A DNA stretch of 64,000 nt from Octopus sinensis (lineage: Eukaryota): assembly GCF_006345805.1 (NCBI RefSeq), contig NW_021825323.1:248001-312000 (forward strand), read 5' to 3'. The position numbers were made by a program, and so were the translations under genes. The stretch's first letter is position 1. Each line of letters starts with the position of its first letter. Of this stretch, positions 60,915 to 64,000 are shown piece after piece. The notes under the pieces were generated by a model that was given only the letters and a program-made list of their open reading frames with translations, was not told where the DNA came from and made no database searches.

Positions 60915-62029
60915 TATCCTTGATGAAAACGACAGCGAGAATATTAACAATGATGAACTCCCAATTATTCGCGATAAAGAAATTCAATTCATCCTATGTT
61001 TTTCTCTTTAAAATTAAATGCATATATCATTATCGACCATGAATCAAAATTAAAGCTATTATCATATTTGACTTTGACAGAATGTGCAATCACAGATTGC
61101 ACGACTTTGAATAGAGTGTGCAATTAACAGATTTTGAAAAACCACTTTGATAGTTGAAACCAGATTAGCACAATCATTAACACAATTTACCACCAATTGA
61201 CGCACGACCTTGAATAGAGTGTGCAATTAACTGATTTTGAAAAACACTTTGATAGTTGAAACCACATTAGCACAATCATTAACAAATTTACCACCAATTG
61301 ACAGCGCAATCAGAAGAATTTGCGTAAAAATATTAGCTATTTAGTTAAGTTTTTCGTGAAGATAGAATTATTTTCGGTATGCCTCTTTTCCTAAATTTTT
61401 TTATTATTCAAAAATAATTTTTTCATAGATAACCGAAAGAGGGAAGACGACCTTAAGAAAAGAAGTTTTTCGTAAAGATGAATTTTTTTCTGTATGCCTC
61501 TTTTTTCCTAATATTTTTTATTATTCAAAAATAATTTTTAAATAGATAACCGAAGGAGGAAAAATGAAGCTGAAGAAAGATGGCTAACGTAATAGAGGCG
61601 ACGATATTAACAGGTAAGTATTGAGGTGAGGATGTTTATATTCCACGAATTCCGATAATTTCTGATGAATTACCATTTAGATTTAAAAGGCTGCAATTTC
61701 CTTTGAGGATGAGTTTTGCAATGACAATAAACAAGGCCCAGGGACAGTCATTAAAGGTAGTTGGGTTATTTTTAGAGAGTGAGTGCTTTTCACATGGACA
61801 GCTGTATGTGGGATGCTCGAGGGTAGGCAGAAGAGAAAATTTATTCATATATGCCAAGGAAGGACGGACGACAAACATCGTTTATCAACAGGCGATAGAA
61901 TAGGGTTACATTAAACCAGGTAGTTTTATACATCTACATAAACTTATAGTTGTTTGATGAAACAGGCCCTCCGCAGGAGCTAGGTCGCGGTGAGCGAAGC
62001 GAGCTGCCGAGCTAGTATGCAGATATAAT

Positions 62030-63951
62030 ATGGGAAAATCCTTCCGTAAATCGGTCATCTTTGCTGTTTCTTTAATTGCATTGTGGGCTAATTCAATTGC
62101 TTCACTCCGGGTTGTAAGTATTAGAGAGTAATTGGAAATCATTATAAAAGAAAATACTGCATGTTTATCCAATTTTAGTGCCGTGCTTTTCTGGACCCAA
62201 TTGTCGCAACTTAACTTGTATAGTTTACAATACAGTACCGCTCAAATGTTTCGGACCACCCTATTTTTCTCAATTTCCAAGTCAATCCTAAATTATTTTT
62301 ATACGGTTCTTTAGAGAAACTTATTAGATAAGCTTAAATACATTTATTCTATTCTAAATTTTTCTTTAAATATTTTTGTTTGGCGCCAATTGAATATAAT
62401 TGATTTTTGACTCGATCATATGTTCCGGACCAGTTGCAATCATATGTTTCGAACCAGTTAAATCTCTTTAAATTTAAATAATTTTTGATTCAATTAAAAA
62501 CAAAAGACTAATAAATAACAAATGCCGCGTGTTTCACTGGTTGATCGGGTCGCTATCATCACTTTTTTTAAAGATGGAGCTTCACAAAGAGAAATTGCCG
62601 AAAAATTAAAAATATCCAAAACTGCTGTTCAAAGAACAATTTCCAGATATTCATCCGTTGGACTATATTCCGACAGACCCAAATCTGGTCGACCGAGATT
62701 GTTATCCCCAAGATCTGAACGCAAATTAGTGAGAATTTCGAAAGCAGACCCCACAAAAACGGCAAATTAAATTTGATATGAAATTAAATTCTATTGTAAG
62801 CACAAATACAATTAAAAGATGCCTACAAAGAAATAATTTGAATGGGCGAAAGCAATGCCCAAAACCAAGTCTTTCCATATGCCATAAAAAGGCTAGAAAA
62901 AATTGGTGCATTGAGAAATTAACTTGGAGCCAAAATGATTGGGGTAAAATTATTTTTAGTGATGAATGCAAAATAAATTTGCATTCAAACACAAAAAATT
63001 ATGTTAGAAGGCCACCAAACTCTAGATTTGACTCAAAATATTGTTTAAAAACACGAAAATTTTCTCCTAGCATTATGGTCTGGGGAGCTATTGCTGCAAA
63101 TGGATGGAGAAACATTGTCTTATGCATTAAAAATGTTGATTCCGCAGAGTATCAGAGAATTATAAATGTTGGACTCGAAAATTTTTATGATGAGACCATG
63201 TATCTCCAGCAAGACGGCGCTCCTTCCCATCGGTCCATGTCGACAATGAATTTTTTTCAAAGGAAACAAATAAAAATCTTAGAAACTTGGCCGAGCCAGT
63301 CACCCGAACTGAATATTATTGAAAATATGTGGTCGGTACTAAAACAAAAACTTTATGATCTGGAACCAAAAGATCTTCCAGAGCTCTGGAATTTGACCAA
63401 AAAAATTTGGTACGAGATTGATAATTCGTACATTGAAAAATTATACAATTCACTTCCAGAGCGAATAAATGCTGTTATAACGAACAACGGAGGAAATATT
63501 AATTATTAACTTTTTATAAGTTTAATAAATTTTCGGTTTTTTTTAAACTGGTCCGGAACATATGATCGAGTATAAAATCGATAATTTTAAAATTGCGCCA
63601 AACATGAATATCTGTCCAAGTTTTTAAAATAGAATAAATGTGTTTAAGCTTATCTAATAAGTTTCTCTAAAGAACCGTATAAAAATAATTTAGGATTGAC
63701 TTGGAAATTGAGAAAAATAGGGTGGTCCGAAACATTTGAGCGGTACTGTAGTGTAGAAATCTATTTCAAACATAAAGATTCCTCCATTGTATACACATAC
63801 AAGAATTACGGTCAAAAAATATAACAAGAAATCAAATATACCGATAATTGTTCTGGGAGTATAAAATTTGATAATATTCCGTTTATGAAATTATTCAACA
63901 TCACTGGGTTTACATTACAAGACAGTCTAGAAAACAAATAAATTCAAAAAA
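62030..63951 (+). pseudogene. Secreted/surface protein gene disrupted by Tc1 and a premature stop
   Basis: MGKSFRKSVIFAVSLIALWANSIASLRV, a 37-nt GT-AG intron (62114-62150), then KILHVYPILVPCFSGPNCRNLTCIVY; the frame is restored across the Tc1 TA: NSVEIYFKH...KI*QEIKYTDNCSG...NITG. Confidence 0.55.
62233..63748 (+). mobile_element. Tc1-like transposon with long (about 200 bp) inverted ends, one frameshift
   Basis: TIR CAGTACCGCTCAAATGTTTCGGACCACCC; TA TSD; ORFs 62522-62770 (HTH) and 62778-63509 (FSDEC, QQDGAPSH, SPELNIIE). Confidence 0.95.
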
Positions 63952-64000
63952 TACGAAAAATAACGAGAAATTTCTTGTTCCGGGAAATAAAAAAACATTT

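Larger units (their letters stand above)
56645..62015 (+). mobile_element. Non-autonomous Helitron, copy 2 (host of copy 3)
   Basis: A|TCTT...CTAG|T junctions; arms 56645-58226 and 60915-62015; helicase motif [25 protein letters not shown]. Confidence 0.93.

Noticed and set aside
61906-62172. Minus-strand ORF ...EAIELAHNAIKE... as a conserved gene
   Set aside because: The plus strand gives a better model (ATG context, signal peptide, canonical intron, frame restored across the Tc1)

Overview
AT-rich eukaryotic genomic DNA with very short (22-48 nt) spliceosomal introns. This suggests a reduced, probably parasitic lineage such as a dicyemid; that is inference and should be tested with the 18S remnant. 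The first 15 kb holds host genes: an intact ETHE1, an MLH3 with intact endonuclease motifs but a degenerate ATPase domain, and unassigned genes. The rest is a nested transposon graveyard of pogo/Tigger, hAT, Tc1, LINE/RTE, CRE-clade, Ginger2-like and Helitron elements. It also contains an STK36/Fused gene split by a 6.3-kb transposon stack, a deleted and decayed rDNA unit, and remnants of a signal-peptide gene family. The most notable structure is 46.9-62.0 kb, which resolves from TSDs and termini into three parts. (1) A near-full-length PHD-RT-REL CRE retrotransposon with a 5'-inverted (twin-priming-like) structure and a 12-bp TSD, inserted in an intron-containing Ginger integrase gene. (2) A TGT...ACA non-autonomous element with a 5-bp TSD at the inversion junction, carrying telomere-type TTAGGG variant arrays. 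(3) A minisatellite-bearing Helitron inserted in inverted orientation into a near-identical copy of itself. No database searches were run; family calls rest on motif recognition.
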